Notes under the pieces: generated by a model
Told to the model about the DNA's origin: nothing
Seen by the model: the letters and a program-made list of their open reading frames with translations, nothing else
Databases searched by the model: none
Translations under genes and position numbers: made by a program
NCBI GenBank assembly: GCA_002409325.1
Contig: DHUU01000001.1
Coordinates: forward strand, 33,101-97,100
DNA from: Bacteroidales bacterium UBA5226
GTDB lineage: Bacteria > Bacteroidota > Bacteroidia > Bacteroidales > UBA932
Length of the DNA: 64,000 nucleotides
Reading direction: 5' to 3'
Part shown: piece after piece, positions 36,814-45,256 of the stretch
Layout: each line of letters starts with the position of its first letter
Position numbering within the stretch: the stretch's first letter is position 1

Positions 36814-38370
36814 CTATCTTTTTCCTTTAAACAATTCAATAAATGGATTCCAATATAAGGGTGATTTGCGGGTCACCCCGTCCAGACCTTTTCCTCCCTC
36901 CCTTTGCCTGCGTACTCCGGCAAATGTCCCTTTTTCAAGAGAAGCAAAAAGCCCTTCTTCCTTCACGCATTCAAGCAACCTGCATGCGTTGTCCAATACT
37001 TCCGATGCACGGCGGCGGATAATCCCGTCTTTAGTGAATTCTACCTCCTGCCCAATGTTTCTGAAACTTTTGAAAATATACCGTGCGTTCTCGATGGAAA
37101 GGTACCTGTCACTCATAAAGGGTGTATGGATGGCTTCTGTGGGCATGCCAAGCAGCTGAATGCCCTGCCCGGTCCAGATTCCGGCAATGTTGAACAGGGC
37201 ATCCTGGATATGACCTTTGAAGATGTTTCCGGTCATAAACTTGGTGGGAGGCATGTATTTCAGTGGTGCACGCGGGAAAATTTCGCGGGTCATCTGCGCC
37301 TGTGCCAGTTCGTACAGGAATGCATTTTCCAGTTCAGGGTCCATTTCAAAGGCATGTCCCAGGCCCATCTGTTCTTCCGGTATTCCGGCTATGAGTGCCA
37401 GTTGCTCGTTGATCAGATCAGAAGCAAGAACGGTATGGGCTTCTTCAAAAGCATCAGCCGTAGTAAGATAGTTGTCTTCACCGGTATTGATGATTACCCC
37501 TGCAAATCCGTTAATTATCCTGGAAAAATACTGGTCTACCAGGGTCCTGTGCATATTGATGTCCCGAAACAGGATTCCATAAAGGGCATCGTTGAGCATC
37601 ACATCCAGCCCTTCCAGTGCTCCCATAACCGCAATCTCAGGCATGCACAGACCCGAGCAGTAATTGCACAACCTGACATAACGGCCGGTTTCGGGCATGA
37701 TCTGGTCCAGGGCCTTACGCATGATCCGGAAATTCTCCTGGGTGGCATAGGTCCCTCCAAAACCTTCTGTAGTGGCACCATAGGGAACGTAATCCAGCAA
37801 TGATTGCCCGGTAGTACGGATTACCGCAACAACGTCTGCACCCTGGCGGGCAGCTGCCTGAGCCTGGATTGCGTCTTCATAAATATTTCCGGTAGCCACA
37901 ATCACATACAGAAGAGGACGGGATCCTTCCCCATACTTTTTTATGCTTTCTTCCCTTGCCAGTCTTTTAGCCCTTATCCTTGAAACGCTTTCCTCTATGT
38001 AAGGTCTGAGTGCTTCGGCAATATTTTCCGGTTTATTAATTTCCAGGCTTGAAAAATCGAATACCTCCCCGGCTATTTCACTCGCGATCTGCACAGGACT
38101 CTTGCCTGTACTATTGACGGCTACACCCAGGAAACGAAGTACCCCATTCCCCAGCATCCCCTTTTGACTGACTGCCTCCACCACAAGATTGGGCAGGGGA
38201 ATGCCGTCGATGTCTGTTCCGTCAATTCCTACCAGCCGGCAAAGTGTCCTTTCCACGGCCACCGTAGTATAATTTTCAACAAATTGCTGTACCTGGGCGG
38301 CAATTTCACCGGCCATAGCTCTGGCTCCTTCAACTTTTTTATAATCAAGTCCTAATTTTGATTCTCTCAT
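36814..38370 (-). CDS. kamD: beta-lysine (D-lysine) 5,6-aminomutase alpha subunit
   Basis: 518 aa TIM-barrel-size protein upstream of kamE. The N-terminus MRESKLGLDYKKVEGARAMA is typical of KamD as I recall it. Confidence 0.8.
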   Translation of the reverse strand: MRESKLGLDYKKVEGARAMAGEIAAQVQQFVENYTTVAVERTLCRLVGIDGTDIDGIPLPNLVVEAVSQKGMLGNGVLRFLGVAVNSTGKSPVQIASEIAGEVFDFSSLEINKPENIAEALRPYIEESVSRIRAKRLAREESIKKYGEGSRPLLYVIVATGNIYEDAIQAQAAARQGADVVAVIRTTGQSLLDYVPYGATTEGFGGTYATQENFRIMRKALDQIMPETGRYVRLCNYCSGLCMPEIAVMGALEGLDVMLNDALYGILFRDINMHRTLVDQYFSRIINGFAGVIINTGEDNYLTTADAFEEAHTVLASDLINEQLALIAGIPEEQMGLGHAFEMDPELENAFLYELAQAQMTREIFPRAPLKYMPPTKFMTGNIFKGHIQDALFNIAGIWTGQGIQLLGMPTEAIHTPFMSDRYLSIENARYIFKSFRNIGQEVEFTKDGIIRRRASEVLDNACRLLECVKEEGLFASLEKGTFAGVRRQREGGKGLDGVTRKSPLYWNPFIELFKGKR

Positions 38371-39776
38371 TTCTCTGTTTTTTTTACATATGTCTGTGCT
38401 GAGCGTATAAAAGATTCGTCCACACCCAGCAGGTGTGCTATATGCAAAGCCTCCATAGGTACTGAATCGCCTTTTTCCTCAATCAGGCTGTAATTCATAT
38501 GTTCATTCATCATCAACGGATCCAGGCGTCCTTTTACCTGCTTGCTGTCAAAACCGCTGACGCGCAGTTTTCGGCACGACCGGCCCAGATCTCCGTAATG
38601 CGTACTTATCAAAGAAGTTGTCTGGTAGTGGTCCAGGAATTCAACCAGGGCACATAAAATGGCTGCTCCTTCCGACGGGTTTGTCGTTCTGGCCGGTTCA
38701 TCTGCCAGTACAAGAACTTTGGCTCCTTCCCTTATCTTGGCCATTATACGGTCCAATTCAAGCATTTCGGCCGCGAACGATGACAATCCCCTGTATTGGT
38801 CCTGTTTGTCGCCTATGACCAGAAAAACGTCCTTTACGAGGGTAACTGACGCGTTGTTGGCAGGCACAAAGAAAGAAAACTGCGCAAGTACCTGTATCAG
38901 GGCCAGCGTTTTTAAAACCACTGTCTTGCCACTCATATTGGCACCTGTCAGTAGACAGGGACCGCTTCCCAGTGAAATGGATACAGGCTGAAACACTCTG
39001 TTGAGCGGTTTCAGGATATCGGCAATAACGGGATTGATCATGCCTTCTGCCTGAAGCACACAGGGGCCAGAATCCATGACTATCCTGGGTCTGACCATAC
39101 CATAACGTTTGGCCAGTGCGGCTTTTGCAAACCAAATTTCCAGGTGTGCAATCCGGTCAAAATTATCCCGCAGCACGGACTGCATGAGGCTCAATTCAGA
39201 AGAAAGCCTCTGCCTGACAAGCAATTCTTCCTCCGTAATCCGGTCCCGCGCATCATTCCACTTGTCCGGTTCCTTTTCAGGATCGGTCGCATTTGCATGC
39301 TTTCTGGCTTCCGATAATGCCTGGCTGTAGGCATCGTGCATATAGAATGATACTGTTCCGCTCCCTACGGGATCCAGAAGGTCAAATGCCCTCTGAAGGG
39401 ATTGCAGATTTTCATGGTCAAATCCGAGCGAGTCGCACAGCGTTATGAAATCCCGGCACAGGGCTGCGAAATACTTGATTTCAAAAAGTTCCACCTCGTC
39501 TAAAACCCGGTTCTCACGCAGGGCATCCAGTGTTCCCCTGATGTCGTGGACCTGAGTGAAAAGGTGACGCAGTTGCATGATGCCGTTCGCATACTTGTTG
39601 TCTTTCAGAAGCTCAAGGGCTTTTTGGATAATGTCGAAATTCGATTCCAGAACCTTTTGACTGGTGCAAAACAACTCCTGCATCAGGTAGCGGCGTACCC
39701 GGGAACCAGACAGTTCCATTTTACCGGCCAAATACTGAAGCCCTTCAATTCGTTCCGAATAACGAGCAAAAGTCAT
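38367..39776 (-). CDS. MutS-domain-V ATPase lacking a mismatch-binding domain (candidate aminomutase reactivase ATPase, KamC-like)
   Basis: Walker A GANMSGKT. MutS-type Walker B region LVLADEPARTTNPSEGAAI. STHY block. No N-terminal GxFxE mismatch domain. 4-nt overlaps with both neighbours. Confidence 0.8.
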   Translation of the reverse strand: MTFARYSERIEGLQYLAGKMELSGSRVRRYLMQELFCTSQKVLESNFDIIQKALELLKDNKYANGIMQLRHLFTQVHDIRGTLDALRENRVLDEVELFEIKYFAALCRDFITLCDSLGFDHENLQSLQRAFDLLDPVGSGTVSFYMHDAYSQALSEARKHANATDPEKEPDKWNDARDRITEEELLVRQRLSSELSLMQSVLRDNFDRIAHLEIWFAKAALAKRYGMVRPRIVMDSGPCVLQAEGMINPVIADILKPLNRVFQPVSISLGSGPCLLTGANMSGKTVVLKTLALIQVLAQFSFFVPANNASVTLVKDVFLVIGDKQDQYRGLSSFAAEMLELDRIMAKIREGAKVLVLADEPARTTNPSEGAAILCALVEFLDHYQTTSLISTHYGDLGRSCRKLRVSGFDSKQVKGRLDPLMMNEHMNYSLIEEKGDSVPMEALHIAHLLGVDESFIRSAQTYVKKTEK

Positions 39777-40825
39777 TGTTCCATTCTTTTAATATCGTAA
39801 ACAGGCACCTCTATGGCCTGCTGTATTTTCTGTATAAGTTCCTCAGAATTAAGTCGGACTCCTTCAGGAGAAACGGGATTCACGCATACAGCCAGCAGGT
39901 TGGTCGTAAAAAGCTGAAAGATCCGGCCCCCCTTCCGGAGAAACGTATGAAACACACGCGGTTCTGAAAATATGCGGGTAAAGTCCCTGACATAAAGCTG
40001 CGTGTTGTACACATCCTTTTTTTCGCCCAATGCTTTAATAAGCAGGTTGCTCACAACTCCCGGAACATACAGCTTGTTTCCGCACTTTTCAAGAACCTGC
40101 CTGACCTGTTCGGGTAGCAGGGCCTGGCCCGCAATGGGTTCCGTCACATCGCCCTGCGGGGTAATGGCCCGAACTCCGTTGGTAATGTTTTCCAGTTTTT
40201 TCACAAGTTCCTCAGGTGCGCCGGGCAGGCATATCGTATCGTATATATAGCGGGTCCTTTCTACCAGTGTCTTCATATGGGGAGAATAGGCAGCTCCCGT
40301 AGCCAGGACCATTGAAGCTGTCACCACGGGTGAGGCCGGACTCAGCCGAGAAATGGCACCGTCTACCAAACAAACGTCCACCGGAAACCTTTTGGGTGTC
40401 ATCCTTACCCATTCCTGCAGGGAGACAGTATCCGAAGGACCGGCCAGGATCATTTTTCCCCTTTCCAGCGCCCTGGCTGTTACCATCTTTCCCAGAACAG
40501 TTGTGTGCTCCCCTACATGGCATATCTCTGCTCCAAAACGCTTGTCCAGATAATAGGAGGCAGCTGTGGTAAAGTACATGCCCCTGTCCAGGAAAATTTC
40601 CGGCTTTGCAGTGTGCGTGACCTGGTCTGTTCTTTCTCCATCAACGCCTATTGATGTTACAGCCACTACTTTTTGCATTTCAAACAACCGCCTCATGACA
40701 TACCTTAGACACTCTGTCTTTCCGGTATTTTTCCCCAAACCCACAACCGAAAGACTGCCGTAATGGATTATCTGATCTACAAAAGGCATTAAATCATTTC
40801 TTGAGATTTCGTTCTTTTCTTGCAA
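39773..40825 (-). CDS. P-loop (DTBS/CobQ-like) protein, candidate reactivase partner (KamB-like); alternative start 40789
   Basis: N-terminal SVVGLGKNTGKT P-loop-like motif. A start at 40825 would overlap kamA by 32 nt, whereas the Met at 40789 lies 4 nt after the kamA stop. Confidence 0.6.
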   Translation of the reverse strand: MQEKNEISRNDLMPFVDQIIHYGSLSVVGLGKNTGKTECLRYVMRRLFEMQKVVAVTSIGVDGERTDQVTHTAKPEIFLDRGMYFTTAASYYLDKRFGAEICHVGEHTTVLGKMVTARALERGKMILAGPSDTVSLQEWVRMTPKRFPVDVCLVDGAISRLSPASPVVTASMVLATGAAYSPHMKTLVERTRYIYDTICLPGAPEELVKKLENITNGVRAITPQGDVTEPIAGQALLPEQVRQVLEKCGNKLYVPGVVSNLLIKALGEKKDVYNTQLYVRDFTRIFSEPRVFHTFLRKGGRIFQLFTTNLLAVCVNPVSPEGVRLNSEELIQKIQQAIEVPVYDIKRMEQ

Positions 40826-42041
40826 GATAATATGGTTCCAGAGATAACTGCTGTCCCTGGAGAATTCCCGAGACTCCTTCCAGACTCACCTTGTCGCTGC
40901 AATTTTTGCAATGGCATTCGTTATGGTAATCAGATGGTTCTGTGTATGTTGTTATGACTCCCTCGTAATTGCGCAGGATCATCCGGCCCGGTGCGTGGCT
41001 GATCATATAGGTGGGCATCACCGGAATCTTACCACCGCCTCCGGGTGCATCTACCACAAAGGTTGGTACCGCGTAACCAGAAGTATGTCCGCGAAGCCCT
41101 TCGATGATTTCGATCCCTTTTGAAACCGGGGTTCTGAAATGTTCCAGTCCCATGGATAAATCGCACTGGTAAATATAGTAAGGACGCACGCGCATGAGTA
41201 CCAGCTTGTGAACCAGATCTTTCATGATGTGTACGCAATCGTTTACCCCGCGCAGCAATACGCTCTGATTCCCCACGGGTATGCCGGCATCTGCCATCAT
41301 TTCACAGGCGGCCCTGGATGTAGCCGTCACCTCATTGGGATGATTGAAATGCGTATTGATCCATATGGGATGGTACTTACGGAGCATGGTCATAAGCTCC
41401 GGAGTAATCCGCTGAGGGCATACAACCGGAGTGCGTGTCCCAATGCGAATGATCTCGACATGGGGAATATCCCGCAGGCGGGCAATTATGGACTCAAGAC
41501 GGGTATCGCTCATGGTCAGGGGGTCTCCGCCGGACAGGAGCACATCTCTTACCTGCGGGGTACGGGCAATATAATTGATGCATTCCTGAATCCTGTCACC
41601 AGTTGCTTCGTGATCCTTCTGGCCGGCAAAGCGGCGTCTTGTACAATGACGGCAATACATGGAACACTGGTCTGTGATCAGGAAAAGGACCCTGTCGGGA
41701 TACCTGTGTGTCAGGCCGGGCACCGGAGAATCTTCATCTTCATGCAGCGGATCCAGCAGATCTGCCGGAGACCTGTATGTCTCCTTTTTTGTCGGGATGG
41801 CCTGTTTCCTTATGGGACAATCCGGATCATCAGGGTCTATCAGGCTCAGATAGTACGGTGTGATGGCCATGCGGAGCATTTTAAGGGACTCCTGTACGCC
41901 TTCTTCCTCTTCCGGAGTCAGGCTGATGTGTTTTCTCAACTGTTCCAGGTTAACTATGCGGTTGCGGATCTGCCACTTCCAATCATTCCATTCCTGATCC
42001 GCCACATGGGGAAACAACTGTTGCCTTCTTGATTCTTTCAT
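40794..42041 (-). CDS. kamA: L-lysine 2,3-aminomutase (radical SAM, PLP)
   Basis: CSMYCRHCTRRR (CxxxCxxC) and the conserved N-terminal NDWKWQIRN block. Confidence 0.9.
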   Translation of the reverse strand: MKESRRQQLFPHVADQEWNDWKWQIRNRIVNLEQLRKHISLTPEEEEGVQESLKMLRMAITPYYLSLIDPDDPDCPIRKQAIPTKKETYRSPADLLDPLHEDEDSPVPGLTHRYPDRVLFLITDQCSMYCRHCTRRRFAGQKDHEATGDRIQECINYIARTPQVRDVLLSGGDPLTMSDTRLESIIARLRDIPHVEIIRIGTRTPVVCPQRITPELMTMLRKYHPIWINTHFNHPNEVTATSRAACEMMADAGIPVGNQSVLLRGVNDCVHIMKDLVHKLVLMRVRPYYIYQCDLSMGLEHFRTPVSKGIEIIEGLRGHTSGYAVPTFVVDAPGGGGKIPVMPTYMISHAPGRMILRNYEGVITTYTEPSDYHNECHCKNCSDKVSLEGVSGILQGQQLSLEPYYLARKERNLKK

Positions 42042-42052
42042 GTACGTAAAAT

Positions 42053-43096
42053 TTATGATGCATAAAGCTCTGTAAAGATCTTGCGGAGCTTTTCACTTTC
42101 CCTTAGCAATTGAAGGGTAATCTCTGCGTGACCCCGGGTATATCCGTTTCCTACGATCATGGTAACATCTGACCCTACTCCTTCAGCTCCAAGAGCCGCT
42201 TTGGTAAAACTGGTGGCCATGGAGAAAAAGTAAACCATCCCGGTGTCTTTGGTACAGAGAATGGAAGTCATCTCGGTATCGGGGATGTTCACATTATTGA
42301 TGGTGATATCGCACAACTGTCCGTTGGTAAGTTCCTGGATCTTTTCCAGAACGGCAACCGGCTGAGTGGCATCGGCTGAAAAAACATGATCGCAGAAACC
42401 CAGCTCCTGCATACGACGGGTAGAACGTTCACTGTGGCAGAGCCCTATCACCTTACCGGTAACCCCAGCTCTTTTCTTTGCCTCATAGCTACAGAGCATA
42501 CCCGACTTTCCTCCGGCACCTATGATAAGCACCGTGTTTCCGGGTTTTACTAGTTTGGCAGTCTGAGCAGGAGCTCCCGCCACGTCAAGTGCGGAAAGCG
42601 CCAGGGTCTCGGGCATGTCATCCGGTATCTTGGCATAAATACCACTCTCAAAAAGAATGGCTTTCCCATCAATGTCCACCTGGTCTATATCTGGCCTTAT
42701 GTCTTTAATCTTGTCTATGCGCAGGGGTGTCAGGGATAGGGAAACCAAAGTGGCAATCTTGTCCCCCACTTTCAGATCAATTTTTCCTTCCAGCGCTTCT
42801 CCGATTTTCTCCACCACACCCAGCAACATCCCGCCCGATCCGGTGACCGGATTCCTGTGCTTACCCTGTTTGGCCACAATATCGAGCATTATCTGAGCTA
42901 TTTTGGCCTTGTCGCCTCCAGCCTGCTCCTCTATCTGGGTAAAACTTGCCGAGTCTACGTTAAGTGTCATGACGTCTATCAGGATCTCGTTGTCATAAAT
43001 CTCGTCCATATTGTTGTCCAGCTTGTTTGCCGGCTGAGGAAGGACACCTTTGGGCTCAATGACCCTGTGAAGGCCATATTTGTTTCCTTTTTTCAT
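42053..43096 (-). CDS. kdd: L-erythro-3,5-diaminohexanoate dehydrogenase
   Basis: 347 aa. The N-terminal NKYGLHRVIEPKGVLPQPA matches my recollection of Kdd proteins. Rossmann GAGGKSG. Operon context. Confidence 0.8.
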   Translation of the reverse strand: MKKGNKYGLHRVIEPKGVLPQPANKLDNNMDEIYDNEILIDVMTLNVDSASFTQIEEQAGGDKAKIAQIMLDIVAKQGKHRNPVTGSGGMLLGVVEKIGEALEGKIDLKVGDKIATLVSLSLTPLRIDKIKDIRPDIDQVDIDGKAILFESGIYAKIPDDMPETLALSALDVAGAPAQTAKLVKPGNTVLIIGAGGKSGMLCSYEAKKRAGVTGKVIGLCHSERSTRRMQELGFCDHVFSADATQPVAVLEKIQELTNGQLCDITINNVNIPDTEMTSILCTKDTGMVYFFSMATSFTKAALGAEGVGSDVTMIVGNGYTRGHAEITLQLLRESEKLRKIFTELYAS

Positions 43097-43097
43097 A

Positions 43098-43116
43098 GAT
43101 ATGATATGATATGATA
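43098..43116. repeat. pentanucleotide microsatellite (GATAT)x3.8 in the kce-kdd spacer
   Basis: GATATGATATGATATGATA begins 1 nt upstream of the kdd ATG (43096) on the plus-strand map. Confidence 0.8.
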
Positions 43117-43132
43117 AATAGTATGTTTCAGT

Positions 43133-43960
43133 TCATTTTCTTACAGACAGGCCGAGGATTTGACGCGCTTCAGCAGGGTTTGCGATATCCCGTCCCAGTT
43201 CCCGGGCCAGGCGCACCACTTTGGCTACCAGCTCTCCGTTTGATTTGGCCAGAACCCCTTTTGACAGGTACACGTTGTCTTCAAATCCCACCCTGACATG
43301 GCCTCCGTCAATAATGGCAGCAGCGGCCAGCTGTGCTTCATAACGGCCAAGGCCGGCTGCTGTGTAGGTGGCATCCGGGGGGATACTCCCGCGCAGGAAT
43401 ACAAAATCCCTGAGGGAACCGCCAATTCCGCCGTTGACACCCATGACAAAGTCAAAATGCATGGGACTGAGGATGTATCCCTTTTTGTGAAGACGCAGGG
43501 CCATTTCTATCATGCTTTTGTCAAAGACTTCCAGCTCGGGTTTGATGCCCCGTTCTATCATACGCTGCCCGAAATATTTGATGGTGTTTTCTGAATTTTC
43601 AAAAATTTCATCCCCGCCGAAATTGAGCGTTCCGCAATCCAGGGTTGCCATTTCGGGATTCAGTTCCGTAGGCTGCAGCCTTTCATCATTGGTCATGCCC
43701 ACAGCTCCTCCCGTAGAAGGCTGAATGATGATCCCCGGGCATGCCTTGGCAATCGCATCCATCACCAAACGAAAACGCTCCTTGTCCTGCGTGGGCGTCC
43801 CGTCATCGTAACGGACGTGCAAGTGGATGATGCTCGCACCGGCCTGGTAGGCCGATAGGGCTTCCCGGACACATTCCTCCACAGTATAAGGCACGGCGGG
43901 GTTGTGTTCCTTCAGTACTTCGGCGCCACATATTGCAGCGGTTATGATCAATTTATCCAT
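43133..43960 (-). CDS. kce: 3-keto-5-aminohexanoate cleavage enzyme (BKACE / DUF849)
   Basis: N-terminal KLIITAAICGAE is typical of BKACE TIM barrels. 275 aa. Operon context. Confidence 0.85.
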   Translation of the reverse strand: MDKLIITAAICGAEVLKEHNPAVPYTVEECVREALSAYQAGASIIHLHVRYDDGTPTQDKERFRLVMDAIAKACPGIIIQPSTGGAVGMTNDERLQPTELNPEMATLDCGTLNFGGDEIFENSENTIKYFGQRMIERGIKPELEVFDKSMIEMALRLHKKGYILSPMHFDFVMGVNGGIGGSLRDFVFLRGSIPPDATYTAAGLGRYEAQLAAAAIIDGGHVRVGFEDNVYLSKGVLAKSNGELVAKVVRLARELGRDIANPAEARQILGLSVRK

Positions 43961-43977
43961 AATTGGTATAGTTTGTG

Positions 43978-45222
43978 CTAAATATAACTTTTCAGTTGGG
44001 CGAATGATTCCTCTACCATAGCGGCCGCATAGGTAATATCCTCATCTGTATGACGGTAAGCTATGTATCCGTGGTGGTAAGGCTGCAGGAACACACCCCT
44101 TCTGATAAGCTCTGTATAGAAGCCCGTACGGAGCTTTTTGTACTGGTTGTCAGCGTCCCTTTTGAATGTGATAAAGGGCATCAGGGGTATCCCCGACACT
44201 TCTACCTCATACGGTACGTTTTTGACTATCTGGTTCAGCCGTTTCCCAAAAAGTTCTCCCTTTTCCCTTACCTTATCCAGAATATGATCCCTCTCCAGAA
44301 TCTCAATGGTTTTGAGTGCAGCTACTTGTTCCAGGCTGTTGGGAAAGAAGGTGGACGAAAGAAACACCTTGTCTGCCAGTACTTTCATGAATTTTTCCTT
44401 TCCCACTACGGCTCCAATTGGATATCCGTTGGCCATGGCCTTGCCAAAGACAGAAAGATCGGGGGTGACACCAAACAATTTCTGGGCACCTCCCAGATCA
44501 TAGCGGAAGCCGCTTCGGATTTCGTCAAAAACAAGGACGGTTCCGTATTTGTCGGCCAGCGCTCGTACGCCCTCCAGGAAACCTGGTTTTGGCATCTGAA
44601 CCTTCTCGGCCAAAGGATGTCCCACCGGTGTTATGATGATGGCGGCAGTGTCGTCTCCATGCTGTTTCATCAGATCTTCCAGCTCGTCCAGTTCGTTGTA
44701 ATGGAATTCATAGACATCTTCCCATAGTTTCCTTGGAATCCCGCCCTTGACTTCCACGCACCAGTCATGCCAGCCGTGGTAACCGCAGCGGATAACCTTT
44801 GTCCTTTCAGTACTGGCCCTTGCCACCCTGATGGCCACCGATGTGGCATCAGATCCGGTTTTGACAAAAGAAGCCATCTCGGCCGAGGGAATCAGTTCAA
44901 TGAGTTTTTCTGCCAGTTGGTTCTGTATGGGTTGTGTCAAGGAAAAACAGAAACCTTTGTTCCGCATCTGTTCTATCACAGCATTGTCAATTTCTTCTTC
45001 ACGGTGTCCGATAATAATGGGCCCATAGGCACAAAGCATGTCTATGTACTCATTGCCATCAACGTCGGTAACCCTGCCTCCTTTGGCGTGGTCGAAATAG
45101 ATCGGATATTCTCCGGGAACGAAATTGTAAGGACGGCGGATTCCGGCAATGGCGCCGGGAATGATCTTCAGTGCTTCCTGATACATATGATCGGAAATTT
45201 CCAGTTTCAGCTTCTTTGACAT
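43978..45222 (-). CDS. kat: class III aminotransferase, candidate 3-aminobutyryl-CoA aminotransferase (Kat)
   Basis: 414 aa GSA-aminomutase-like fold with the PLP-lysine block VFGKAMANGYP. It occupies the operon position where the Kal lyase would otherwise sit. Confidence 0.6.
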   Translation of the reverse strand: MSKKLKLEISDHMYQEALKIIPGAIAGIRRPYNFVPGEYPIYFDHAKGGRVTDVDGNEYIDMLCAYGPIIIGHREEEIDNAVIEQMRNKGFCFSLTQPIQNQLAEKLIELIPSAEMASFVKTGSDATSVAIRVARASTERTKVIRCGYHGWHDWCVEVKGGIPRKLWEDVYEFHYNELDELEDLMKQHGDDTAAIIITPVGHPLAEKVQMPKPGFLEGVRALADKYGTVLVFDEIRSGFRYDLGGAQKLFGVTPDLSVFGKAMANGYPIGAVVGKEKFMKVLADKVFLSSTFFPNSLEQVAALKTIEILERDHILDKVREKGELFGKRLNQIVKNVPYEVEVSGIPLMPFITFKRDADNQYKKLRTGFYTELIRRGVFLQPYHHGYIAYRHTDEDITYAAAMVEESFAQLKSYI

Positions 45223-45256
45223 AACGATTTGATTTTAATATTAATAGATCTGATTA

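Noticed and set aside
36904-37803. 299-aa plus-strand ORF
   Set aside because: It lies entirely antisense to kamD, which has strong family motifs. It has no recognisable motif and a low-complexity composition, so it is a shadow ORF.
38367-39776. MutS-like gene as a DNA mismatch-repair (MutS/MutS2) or anti-phage gene
   Set aside because: It lacks the mismatch-binding domain and any Smr or nuclease domain. It is translationally coupled on both sides within a metabolic operon, so the context favours a protein-directed role.
41208-42032. 274-aa plus-strand ORF
   Set aside because: It is antisense to kamA (radical SAM CxxxCxxC on the other strand), so it is a shadow ORF.
43978-45222. Class-III aminotransferase as HemL (glutamate-1-semialdehyde 2,1-aminomutase)
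   Set aside because: No haem-pathway neighbours are present. It is embedded between the CoA-transferase and kce genes in the lysine operon, where a 3-aminobutyryl-CoA-converting enzyme is required. This still needs a phylogeny to settle.
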